Assembly (NCBI GenBank): GCA_002269645.1
Contig: NIVC01000396.1
Span: 434,001 to 498,000, forward strand
Direction: 5' to 3'
DNA: 64,000 bases
Source: Macrostomum lignano
Taxonomy: Eukaryota
The position numbers and the translations under genes were made by a program. The notes below the pieces were generated by a model, which saw only the letters and a list, made by a program, of their open reading frames with translations, searched no databases and was not told the DNA's origin. Shown one piece after another: positions 25,101 through 36,300 of this stretch. How positions within the stretch are numbered: position 1 is the stretch's first letter; every line of letters begins with the position of its first letter.

Positions 25101-27326
25101 CAGGGCGTCCTCCAGGTGCTGCCGGAAGTATTTGTGATTCAGCGACGTGATCTGCAGCTCGTTAGCCGTCTCGCGGTTCTTCAGCCAGATCTTGCCCTGG
25201 CCCTGCGGGTCGATGAGCAGCGGAAAGCGGCTTGCCTGAGTCACAATGATGCCGTTCTCTGTGCTCAGCTCATCGTTGGGCAGCCCCTGCAGGTTCCACT
25301 CTGCAATGGTGGTCGCCTCTACCAGCATCTCGATGAGGTTGAGCGTATCGCTAGACGGAATCTTGCGCTCTTTCAGGTTCTTCTGCCAGTTCCGGTTCAG
25401 CAGGAGGCGGAAGTCCTGGTTGAACGGTCCAGAGTAGGACAGGAAGGCGGTGGCCATCAGGACGTCGCCAACCAGCCTGCCGATCTGAGCCTTGTACTCC
25501 TTGCTCTGCCGGGTCCAGCGCTCCTTCTCGTCGGCCAGGCCGGTGATCAGCTGCTCGGCGGCGTTCATCTTCCGCCGGCAGGCGGCCGCATCGTCCTCCA
25601 GCGCCTGCTTCTTGCGCATCGCCTCATCGTAGATGGCGCGCGCCTTGGCCAGCTCGGCCTCTTTCTCGTCTAGCGTCTGCTGCGCCGCGGCCAAATCTTC
25701 GTTGGCCTTGTGCAGGCGGACCTCCTGCTTGGCCAGATTGTCCTTCAGCGGCATGACCTCCTTGTTGATCCAGAAGAAGTCCTGCATGGCTTTGGTCCAC
25801 GACAGCAAACCGGCAACGTTGCCGCAGACGCGCTTCGCCGTCTCGAAGTTGTAGTCTTCCATCTCCAGGTAGGGCATGAGGAACTCAATGCTCTCCTCAG
25901 TCATTGAGTCTTTCGAGAAGGTGACCAGCATGTTGAGGAAGCCGGTGTTGGACATGAGCTTGAGCGACTCGGACCAGCTGGGCTTGGCGCAGGGCCGCTC
26001 CGGGTCCTGGGTGACCGTGTCCAGGTGGCGCTGGAACAGCATCAGCACGCAGTCCATGATGCGCATGATGAGGTGCGGCGGTTTGCCCAGCTTCCGTACC
26101 GTCGCAATATCGGCCGGCTTGATGGTGTTCAGCGCCTCCTCGGCCGCCTCCAGGGCCGGGCGGGCGGCCTCCAGCTTGCCTTCGGCGATGGCCTTGTCCT
26201 GCGCGATCGAGTCCACGATGGCCTGAGCTCGATCCTTCACCACCTGCACCTTGTTTTTCACCTCCTGGGCGGCCTGCTGCTGAATAGCCACCTGTTTGAG
26301 CACCTCCTCGGCTTCTCTGTTGGCGATGGCAAGCTCCTTCTCCTTCACAACCAGCTCCTCGCTGAGGACCTTAACGGAATCCTGTGCCTCGAGCAGCTTC
26401 TCAAGACCGCTGTCCATGCGGGCTGCCAGGCCCTGGTAATGCTGCAGCTTGTCCGTGTAGATCTTCTTATAGCCCTGCAGGAAGCTCAGGTAGGACTTCG
26501 GCGTCACGTGCGTGCTGCGCCGGTACCTGTTGAAGTAGTCCACGCAGCTCTCGGCGACGCCGTCGTGCACAACGCCCATGGTCTGGATAAGTTCGTGCTT
26601 GACAGTCTCGGAGCAGACAATCTCGAACTTGGACAGGAAGTGATCAGCCACGGCGACCAGGGCGTCGCGCGGCCAGCGCTGGAACCAGTCCATTGTGCAG
26701 CCGGAGATCAGCGCCGGGAACTTCAGCGCCCGACTACGGAATTTCTCGCCAACCGGAGAGAAGCACAAGACCACGTGCAGGTTCTGGCGCGTGCGGGTCA
26801 GGAAGTACTCTTGCAGGTTCTCGTTAGTTGGTGGCCGTCTGGGAAACTCCTTCTTCATGACACCGATCAGCTCTTGGCAGATCTCGTCCATCTCGTCCCT
26901 GGGGAACAGGTTGGACACTACGCCGGAGGCCAGGACGTTGTTGAGGTACTCCAGGAAGCTCTCATCCTTGATCTCGTTGTCCGTGAACAAGAAGGTGATG
27001 CCCTTGCCCTGCTGGCCGGCGGTTCGGTAGAGGAACTTCAGGTCCTCCATCAGGTTGGACACATTGTACGACCGGGTGAGGGTGATCTGGAAAGTCTTGT
27101 AGCCGGCGATGAAGGAGGCCAGGCGCGTTAGCGACTGCTTGCCGGAGCCGCCGACTCCCACTAGGAGGGCGTTGCCGCGCGGCGTACTGATGATGCGGGA
27201 GATCTTCACCAGGTGCGTCATGGCGTCCTGGAAGAACACCAGGTCCATGCCGGCGCCGCGGATGCTCTCGTTGTACTGGCCCATGAAGTAGCGCAGGCGG
27301 TCGCTCAGGGCCTCGAAAGTTGGGAT
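22149..27326 (-). CDS. DNAH5: Dynein exon 12 (AAA4, stalk/MTBD, AAA5, AAA6, C-terminal domain)
   Basis: 5178-nt open exon from IPTFEAL to LLCDVM-TGA; acceptor CCCACAG. Confidence 0.97.
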
Positions 27327-30300
27327 CTGTGGGCGGAGTGGTGAGTCAGACGGGATCAATTTGTAGGTGAGCTCAGAACTACTCCAAGCTACCTGTCCAA
27401 GCTACCTGTCCAAGCTACCTGTCCAAGCTACCTGTCCAAGCTACCTGTCCAAGCTACCTGTCCAAGCTACCAGTCCAAGCTACCTGTCCAAGCTACCTAT
27501 CCAAGCTACCTGTCCAAGCTACCTGTCCAAGCTACCTGTCCAAGCTACCTGTCCAAGCTACCTGTCCAAGCTACCTGTCCAAGCTACCTGTCCAAGCTAC
27601 CTGTCCAAGCTAACTGTCCAAGCTACCTGTCCAAGCTACCTGTCCAAGCTACCTGTCCAAGCTACCTGTCAAAACTACCTGTCCAAGCTACCTGTCCAAA
27701 CTACCTGTCCAAGCTACCTATTTAAGCTACCTACCATATCTATCTTCATAAAAAGGTGTTTTCACTAAGAAACCACTCAAGACTCGCAAACCCTTGAACC
27801 CAGACAGCCGAAGCTGTCCCGCTCACCGGTTCGTAGATGTGCGGCATCTCGAAGCTGGCATCGTCCGGCTCGTCTCCCGTGGCCTCGGGAGCGTCTCTGG
27901 AAATGGGCGAAATTTGTTCAGAGTTAAAATTTTATAGCATTTTTTTCCTTCCTAGAAACGAGGTTGCGTCTCTCAAGACTTCACAAGATTTCGAAGGCAT
28001 GCAGGACTGTAAGTTAATTTAGATAAAACTGGCTAAATATAATGTTGTTAAAGAGTAATAACTGTGTGTTAATTAGCCGGGTTAAAGTGCTGGTATAATC
28101 ATAGGATAAGATTAATAATAGACTTTAGATAAAACTATTTTGAGCTACCAGCGAACTATCATGGACTCGCGGTAGAGGCATCTCCGGTATGCCCCCCCCC
28201 CCTAAGTGATTTGCACCTGAGAAAGTTGACAAAAAACTCCATCCTATCAATGACGGGGTCAAACAGGTCGCCGAGGTCCTCCTGAACGAGCCGCTTCATG
28301 CTCTTGTCGAACCAGCCGATGTCGGCAAACGTCACGAATCTGCCTCGGATGGGTGGCAGAGGAGCGACTGGTAGCTTCTCCGAATTCCTACCTTCCCCTA
28401 GCAACCATTCCAGCGTAGGCCGCTAGAATTATTGCAGGTTAATCAGTGCATCGAAAGTGTTTAGAAAAATCAAAGGTGCAAAAATTGTGCATAGTTAAGA
28501 GGGGTTTAGCTGAAATAAAATCACTGCAAGTCAGTTGATTAATAAAGGTAAAGGAAAATGTGTCAAGGGTGCAAACAATAAATTGGTGTTTTAATCTGTT
28601 AGCCACAAATCATTTTTCCGGGATTCTAAGACACCAGGACCACCTGAGAAAGTCCACAAAGTAGTGCGTTGGCTCCAGCAGTTTCCCAGCATCATCGCCC
28701 ATGTCCTCCACTAGCACGCGGCTCATGGTCTTCACGAACCAGTTCACGTCGTCATAAGTGGTGAATCTGAGAGTGACAGTCGAATTTCAATTTGAATAGC
28801 AAAGAAAATCAGCGAGTTGGGTTGCAGATTTGGACATCGAAATAAATAACTAGCGGTTACGAAAAACTTAGAAATGAAACTTAAAAAGAAACTTAAAAAA
28901 CAGGAAATGCCAAGGAAGAGGTACAGATACACTCGTAGTCTTACTCAAATCACAGTGTAAGAAGTATTCAATCAGCTGAAATATTAAAAATATGAAAATG
29001 CTGCACCTTTGTTACTTTTTAAAATACTACTAACAGTAGCTAGATAAATCGATTTGACTCTAAAATCATCCTACTAACAGTAGCTAGATGGCTTTATTTT
29101 TTACTTTGAAATCATCCTACTAACAGTAGCTAGATGGCTCTATTTGACTTTAGGATAATCCTACTAACAGTAGCTAGATGGCTCTATTTGACTTTAAGAT
29201 AATCCTACTAACAGTAGCTAGATGGCTCTATTTGACTTTAAGATAATCCTACTAGCAGTAGCTAGATGGCTCTATTTGACTTTAAGATAATCCTACTAGC
29301 AGTAGCTAGATGGCTCTATTTGACTTTAAGATAATCCTACTAACAGTAGCTAGATGGTTCTATTTGACTTTAAGATAATCCTACTAACAGTAGCTAGATG
29401 GCTCTATTTGACTTTAAGATAATCCTACTAACAGCAAGCATTCATTTCAATGTTCACCGCGCGCTCACCTGTCGGAGATGACTCGGCAGCACTCGTGCTT
29501 CCACAGGCTGAGCAGCACGCTGGAGTCCTTGACCACCTCGCTGACGGTGTTGATCATGCCTTGCCAGATCCGGCTGAGATCCCGCAGGTTAAACACGTAG
29601 TGGAATTTGGCCGGGGTCGGCAGCATCTTCATCTTGGTGAGCTGCCACAGGCGCCTGGTCAGCGGCACCAGCTTGGCCACCATAGCGCGCACCTCCTCGG
29701 GGAAGCCGCGCTCCTCGCAGTAGTGACCGCAGCCGATGACGCTGAAGATCTTGTCGATGCTCGGGTTGGACGGCAGCGTGCAGTTGAAGATGTTGAACTG
29801 GCGCTTCAGCCGCTGCGGGATGTCGTTTCGGCCGCCGCCGGGGTGGATCATGGCGGCCATGAACTGCATGTCCACGATGGTGGTGAAGTCTCCCGGCTTC
29901 TCCAGGTTGTAGAAGCCAGAGTTCTCCATCAGCTGGCGGACGATCTCGTTGGCGATCTGGTCGCCCCACTCGTTGATAACCGGCATGTTGATGTCGTCGA
30001 TGAAGACGGTCATCTTGCGGCCGGCCGGCGGGCCGAAGGTCGAGCCCATGCGCTTGTCCACGTAGCTCTCAATGGTCCGCTGGAACATCATCGGCGTGGT
30101 GGCGCTGGAGAAGTTGAGCGCCTTGTTCATGTGCTCCTCCGGGTTGAACTTGGCCAGGAATTTGTTGATCATGACGGTCTTGGCCGTGCCCTGCTCACCG
30201 ATCAGCAGCACCTGCTTCTCCTGCTTGTGAATGGTGTGGATGAGGAACTCGGTGCGCACGTTGTCCACATTGGGCACCAGGATGGAGCCGTACTCGGGGG

Positions 30301-33300
30301 TGCTGTCGGTCGGGTAGAGGAACTCCTCCACCTTCTCGTCCCAGTGCTGCCACTCGCCGGACTCTCCAACGAGGAAGTCGAACATGGTGTTGTCGGAGTC
30401 GGCTGCATACTCGGGCAGGTCCAGCTTCAGCTCCCGCATCTGCGTCTCGAGCTTGTTGCGGTCCTCCCACTCCAGCAGCGCGCCCACCGACCACATGATG
30501 GTGAACACGTACAGCCTGCGGTAGAACTCGGGCCTAAGCGCGCCCTCCTTCTCCTCGCGCTTCGGGATCAGGCCTTCGAGCAGGTCGCAGCATTGTCGCA
30601 CGATGAACGCCTCGAGGACGTCAATCTTGAAGGTGAGGAATTGAATAGCATAGCGAAGGATCTCCGGGAAGGTGCTCTCGAACAGCGGGAACAGCTGGTC
30701 GCGCTCAAATGTTGGCCTCTTGAGCAGCCAGCCGCTGAGCAGGGGGTTCCAGTTGAGCCCAGAGCTGGACATGTACACCATGCCGTTGCGGGACACTGTG
30801 GCAGGCGACGCATTGTCGATGTTGTGCACCTCGAAGATGATCTTGCAGTTCGGCGCCATGGGGATTCGATCGCCGTTAGCCAGAGTCAGCGTCTTGTTGT
30901 CGTCCAGCACGGAGTTGAGGTTCTCGATCCAGATGGCGTCCACGGGGCCGTCCAGCACCAGCCAGATGTGCTCGCCCTTCTTGGCCTTGAGGGTGCGGCG
31001 CCACAGCGTGGAGAAGATGCCGTCAGTCCAGTCGTTGGTGGCCACGTCTAGCCGGCCGAACATCTGCGGCGCCGTGATGGCCTTCGGGTTCATGCGGAGC
31101 TCGCGGTGCGGCTCGCCGCAGTCCGTCAAGGCCTTCATCAGTGTGTGGATGCAGCGGGTCTTGCCGGCTCCGGAGGGGCCCAGCGTCATCATACCGTGAC
31201 GCACGCGCTGCGTCTCAAAAAGCTGAATGAGCTTCAGGTTCCAGGAGTCCCAGTTGATGAGCTCCGCCTCCTGCACCTGCTTGGCGATGGCGGCCTCTAG
31301 CTGCGGGTAGCCCGCCTTGTCCAGCGTGATGCCTGCGGGTTACAAAGTTCATCTTGATCTTTACTTTATTCTGCAAATAATATTGTCTACGTTGTTTCAA
31401 TCCGCTTATACGCTCGTACCTGGGAAAAGATCATTAATAAGCGACAGGAACAGCGGCTCGTCCTGGTCCACCAGCTTGGACAAGTTCATGTCGCGCAGCA
31501 CTCGCATGACGGTCGTCTGCTCGCTGTCGTTCGGGTTGGAGCGTTTCACAGTGCCCAGGGTGCGCAGCACGGACAAAATGTTGCGCAGGCCGAAGTCGTA
31601 GTGCACCTGAAATTAGTAGAAATTGGAATAGCGATAGGAGCAGCATCAGGAGTAGGGTCAGGAGCAAGAGCAGGAGTGGAGCAGGAGTGGAGCAAGAGCA
31701 GGAGTGGAGCAGGAGTGGAGCAAGAGCAGGAGTGGAGCAGGAGTGGAGCAAGAGCAGGAGTGGAGCAGGAGTGGAGCAAGAGCAGGAGTGGAGCAGGAGT
31801 GGAGCAAGAGCAGGAGTGGAGCAGGAGTGGAGCAAGAGCAGGAGTGGAGCAGGAGTGGAGCAGGAGTGGAGCAGGAGTAGAGCAGGAGCAGGAGTGGAGC
31901 AGGAGTAGAGCAGGAGCAGGAGTGGAGCAGGAGTGGAGCAAGAGCAGGAGTGGAGCAGGAGTGGAGCAAGAGCAGGAGTGGAGCAGGAGTGGAGCAGGAG
32001 TGGAGCAGGAGTGGAGCAGGAGCAGGAGTGGAGCAGGAGTGGAGCAGGAGCAGGAGTGGAGCAGGAGCAGGAGCAGGAGTGGAGCAGGAGTAGAGCAGGA
32101 GCAGGAGTGGAGCAAGAGCAGGAGTGGAGCAGGAGACGGTCTCTAAAACCGCTCACCTGCTTGGTTAGCTGCTCCTCGCACAGCTTGTACAAAGTGAAGA
32201 ACTTCCTGGCGAGGGTGATGTTGTCGAGGAAGCCGACCGAGGCCAGCTTGACGCGGATGATGATCTGCCTGTCGGGCACCATCATGGCCACGGTGCGGAA
32301 GTTGATCTTCAGATTCTCCGGCAGCTCCTGACGTCCAGCGTAGCCGGGGTTCATCGTGAGGAAGATGCCGAACTCCGGGTTCATCTCGACCAGGTCGCCG
32401 TCAGTGAAGATGAACTGCTTCTTGCGCTCCTTCTTGCAGGAGAGCACGATGGCGATCTGCTGAGCCGCCACGGACAGCACAGGCAGCTCGATGCGGTTGA
32501 ACTCGTCGAAGCAGCCCCAGCTGCCGGACTGGGCCAGGCCCTGGAAGGAACGACAGGTGTTAATCCGATTAGTTCTGGCGACAGTCGACTAGCAGCCCAG
32601 AGCGAACTACACCTTGGGGAAACAGGCCCTGTTTTCATCGTTCTAGCCATGGCTCTTGTCCTACTACAGCTAAATAAGTGCTTGAATGCGGATCTTTTTG
32701 ATAACTTCAAACAAATAATCGTTAACAATAACTGATTACACCTGCCCTAGTTGGGCCAGATATGCAACCGACAGCTCAGCCGCAGCTATTGCGCGATACA
32801 TCTGAAGGCTGCGTACGGCTGTTCAGTCCAAGGACTGGGGGGTCGCCACACACACTCTCCATTACCCCAGCTAATGCTGGCACCCATTTTACAGCTGGGA
32901 GAACTGAACCAATTCAGAGTTAAGTATCTTGCTCAAGGACACAAATTGTTTCAGTGGGATCGGGAATCGAACCCCGGACCTTCAAGTTGTGAGTCCGACG
33001 CTCTAACCACTACGCTACAACCCCCTGGTTGTACAACGTGTTTGAATCGGTTCCCCCAGTCTTGAGAGCTCTCTCATTGGCTGAGGCAAGGTTCATTTCA
33101 ACAGTTACGTCGTAGGGTTGATCATTAGGCAGGGTTGACCAGCTTACCTTGTAGATTCTGCCCAGACCGCGGAAGTCCATCTGGTCGGAGCAGTTGAACA
33201 CCACGACGTACTTGCCGAGGCAGCGGCCCATGTCTTTGACGGTCTCCGTCTTTCCCGTACCGGCGGGCCCGGCCGGGGCGCCGCCCATGGACATTCCCAG

Positions 33301-36300
33301 AGCCTGGGCGAGGGTGATGTAGCACCTGTCAGTCAGGGGGGTGATTACAAGACGCTCGGTGCAGCCAAGGAACTCGTTCTGGTATTCGAAGTCAACATCC
33401 GTGATGCTGATCATGCATTTGTCCGTGTCCTCGATGAAGTAGAATCTTGTCTGCTTCAGCCACTCGAAGTCTGTCGGTGATTTGATGTGCATCTTGCACA
33501 GATCCTCGAATATGTCGCGCTGGTGCACGTGGATGGTGATGAGCGTCTCGAACTTGGTGCGCTCAACTTTAGTCAACTCGTGCGTGGTCTGATTAATCAG
33601 CAGATTTAGCAGATCTAGGAAGCTCTGATTGGTGCTAGCCATCACCTTCTTGTCGCTCTTGGCGTTTTTCAGCGCGTCCGTGGAGTCACGAGTCCAGATC
33701 AGCTGAATGCCAAGCAGGCCGATCTGCGCCGGGAACATGTCCAGGAACTCCAGGATTTGGAAGTTCTGGTCGCTGATGGCCATGTAGGCAGTGCGGATCA
33801 CGCCGTGCAGCGAGCGCTGGCTCTGCTGCATCAGCGTCATCAGCCAGACTTCCACGTTGCCCTCTGCCTTCACCGGCTTCTCCAGCTCGAGCTGCTCGCC
33901 TTCGCTCGAGTAGCAGGCCAGAATGGTCTCGTACTGCTTCTCGTGGAACTTCACCGTCTTGATGTTATCGAAGATGGACAGCAGGTGGGCCTGGATGGTG
34001 TGCGGGTCCGAGGCCTGGCCGAGGATCTCCAGCAGGGCCGGATCGGACACGAAGAAAAAACGCGGGAACAGCAGGCGCTTCTTCTCCAGGTAGCCGGTGA
34101 GAGACTTCTGGCAGAGCTCCAACTGCTCCAGCAGGTGCGGCAGGAGCTGGGAGAGGGTCTCATCGCCGACGCAGCACTGGATGACGTTGGTGGTTTCGTG
34201 CGCCCGGGTCATGATCTTGATCCAGCTCTTGTCGATGTTGCTGAACCGTTTTGCCTCCTTCGGCAGCTGCTTGGCGATGTCGCCACCGACGAACACGGCC
34301 TCCAGGTACACCCACAGATTCTGAACCGTCATCCACTGCTCGATGATCTCAGAGCTGTTCGACAGGTTGCTCACCCACTGCTGGATTTGCTTCTTGAACG
34401 GTGCGTTGTAGCGGTTGCTAAGCAGCGAGCTGAGCACCATCAGCGAATCCTCCATGAAGCTGATTATCTCGCCGGTGTGGTCGCCGCGCAGGAGCAGCTC
34501 ACCACGGTTTTTGAACGTGCCAAAGCGAAACTCGTGGCTGCTCCACTCGGCGATGACGGCCTTTAGTTTGGCCTCGATGTCCTTCTCCTTGCCGGCGCTG
34601 ATGCAGATGTCCTCGATCTCCTCTTTATACTGCAGCAGCGGCGCCTCCAGGATGTTCCGCAGAGTGAACCCGTCACTCTCAACGTCGAAGTGGTGCTTGG
34701 TGAGGTCGGACATTCTCTGCCAGTGACGCGGCTTCATGGCTTTGTTAGTCATCAGCTCCAGCAGCGGCACCATCTCATTGAAGTCGTCAATTGTCTTGTT
34801 GAGATCGGCGAACGCTGGCCAGTCTTTCAGCGCCTTGGGCAGCTTGCGGCATCGGTTCTGGAACTCTTGCAGCTCCGTGCTGATCTTCTCGATGTCAACT
34901 TCAGTGAACAGAATGTCGTAATAGCCGTTGACCGTGTTGATCACATCGTTATACAGACTGTAGAGCTTAGTGAGCAAGTTCAGCTCCTTCTTGATCCGAT
35001 GGAGCTCCGGGTAGTCGCTGACCGGCAGGCCGAACAGCTCCTCGCCACCCGTGTACGTGACGAACTTCCTGTTGAGATTGTCGAACTGGTTCTGGAAGAT
35101 GATCAGCCTGTCCGAAGCCTCTCGCGGCGCCACGCCGGGCACCATGGGACCCGCAGTGTCATAGTCCTCGTAGAACTTGTTGCAGTCGTTCTTGAACACC
35201 ACCACTTCCTGCACGAGATTGTCCCGGAAGTCTGATTGGATGCTGACCAGGTGGTTCTGCACTTCAATACCGTGGGCGCGCAGCTTCTCCCAGGTGTAAC
35301 GGAGGGTGTCAACTCGTTCGGCCTCCTCCGTGGGCACGGGGAGCTCGTGCTTGTTGAGCATGGCGTAGGACTCCTCGATGGGGCCAATGCCCATGTCGAT
35401 GCGGATCTCGTTCTCCCGGATGTCTTTGAGCGCGGCCATGGCGATGCGGATGTCGTCCAGATCTTTGATTGGCCGGCTGAGTCGCTTCTCGATATCTTCG
35501 ATGAAAGCAAAGAATTCCTCCATCTCGGTCTTGTACTTCTGGTTGCAGGAGCGGCCGTACAGCAGCCGCCAGGCCTTGCTCTCGGTGAGCAGGCCCAGCT
35601 TGAGCCGCTCGGTGAAGATTGCCACCGGGCCGCAGTCGTAGGACGCCGACTCGCCGCTGATTCGCTCCTCCTCGCGCTCGAACTCGATAATTTTGGCCTC
35701 GTATTCGCCTAATCGAGGCGACTGGCTGACGAACTGCTGCAGAGTCTCCTCCCGGTTCAGCTCCCAGATGTACTTGTAGCGGTAGAAGCGCTCCAGAGCC
35801 GTCACGATCTCCTTCTTTTGACTGTTGATGGCAGTTGACAGCAGTGAGGCCAGCTTGGCGACCTCTTTGTTGTCCGATACGTTCTTGAAGTAGTTGTTGG
35901 CCTGCATCTGCACCGCGTACTGCTGCGAGGCAGCGCCGTCCTCGCTGTCCTGCCGCTGCCGGTGGCTCCGCAGGCCAGTCCGGGAAGCGGCCACGTCCGA
36001 CTGACCGGAGATGTCGGTTGGCGCCACGCTGGCTGCCATGCTGGGTCGGCGAGCGTCCGACCTGGCCGTTGCCGGGTCGCCGCCACCCTCGGTCGTCTCG
36101 ATGAAAAAGTCGTCGGCTTCCTCTGGCTTTGCTTTGGTCAGCTTGCGCTCCTTGGACCACTGGGAGACGCCCTTGCTGACGCCGATGATGCTCTGGCAGG
36201 CCTTGTTGACACACTGCTGCACGTCCTCGGTGGTCGGCTGCACCACGACTTGCGGGATCGCCAGCATGGCGAAGCACTGGAAGAACGGCCTCTGGGCGGT

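Noticed and set aside
31434-32480. 348-aa ORF extending the dynein AAA1 exon with LLLHSCS repeats
   Set aside because: Read-through past the CAG/GTGAGC donor at 32157 into an intronic minisatellite.
35900-36150. Low-complexity insert in the dynein tail
   Set aside because: This loop is variable in DNAH5/8 orthologs as recalled; no internal splice sites or domain evident.
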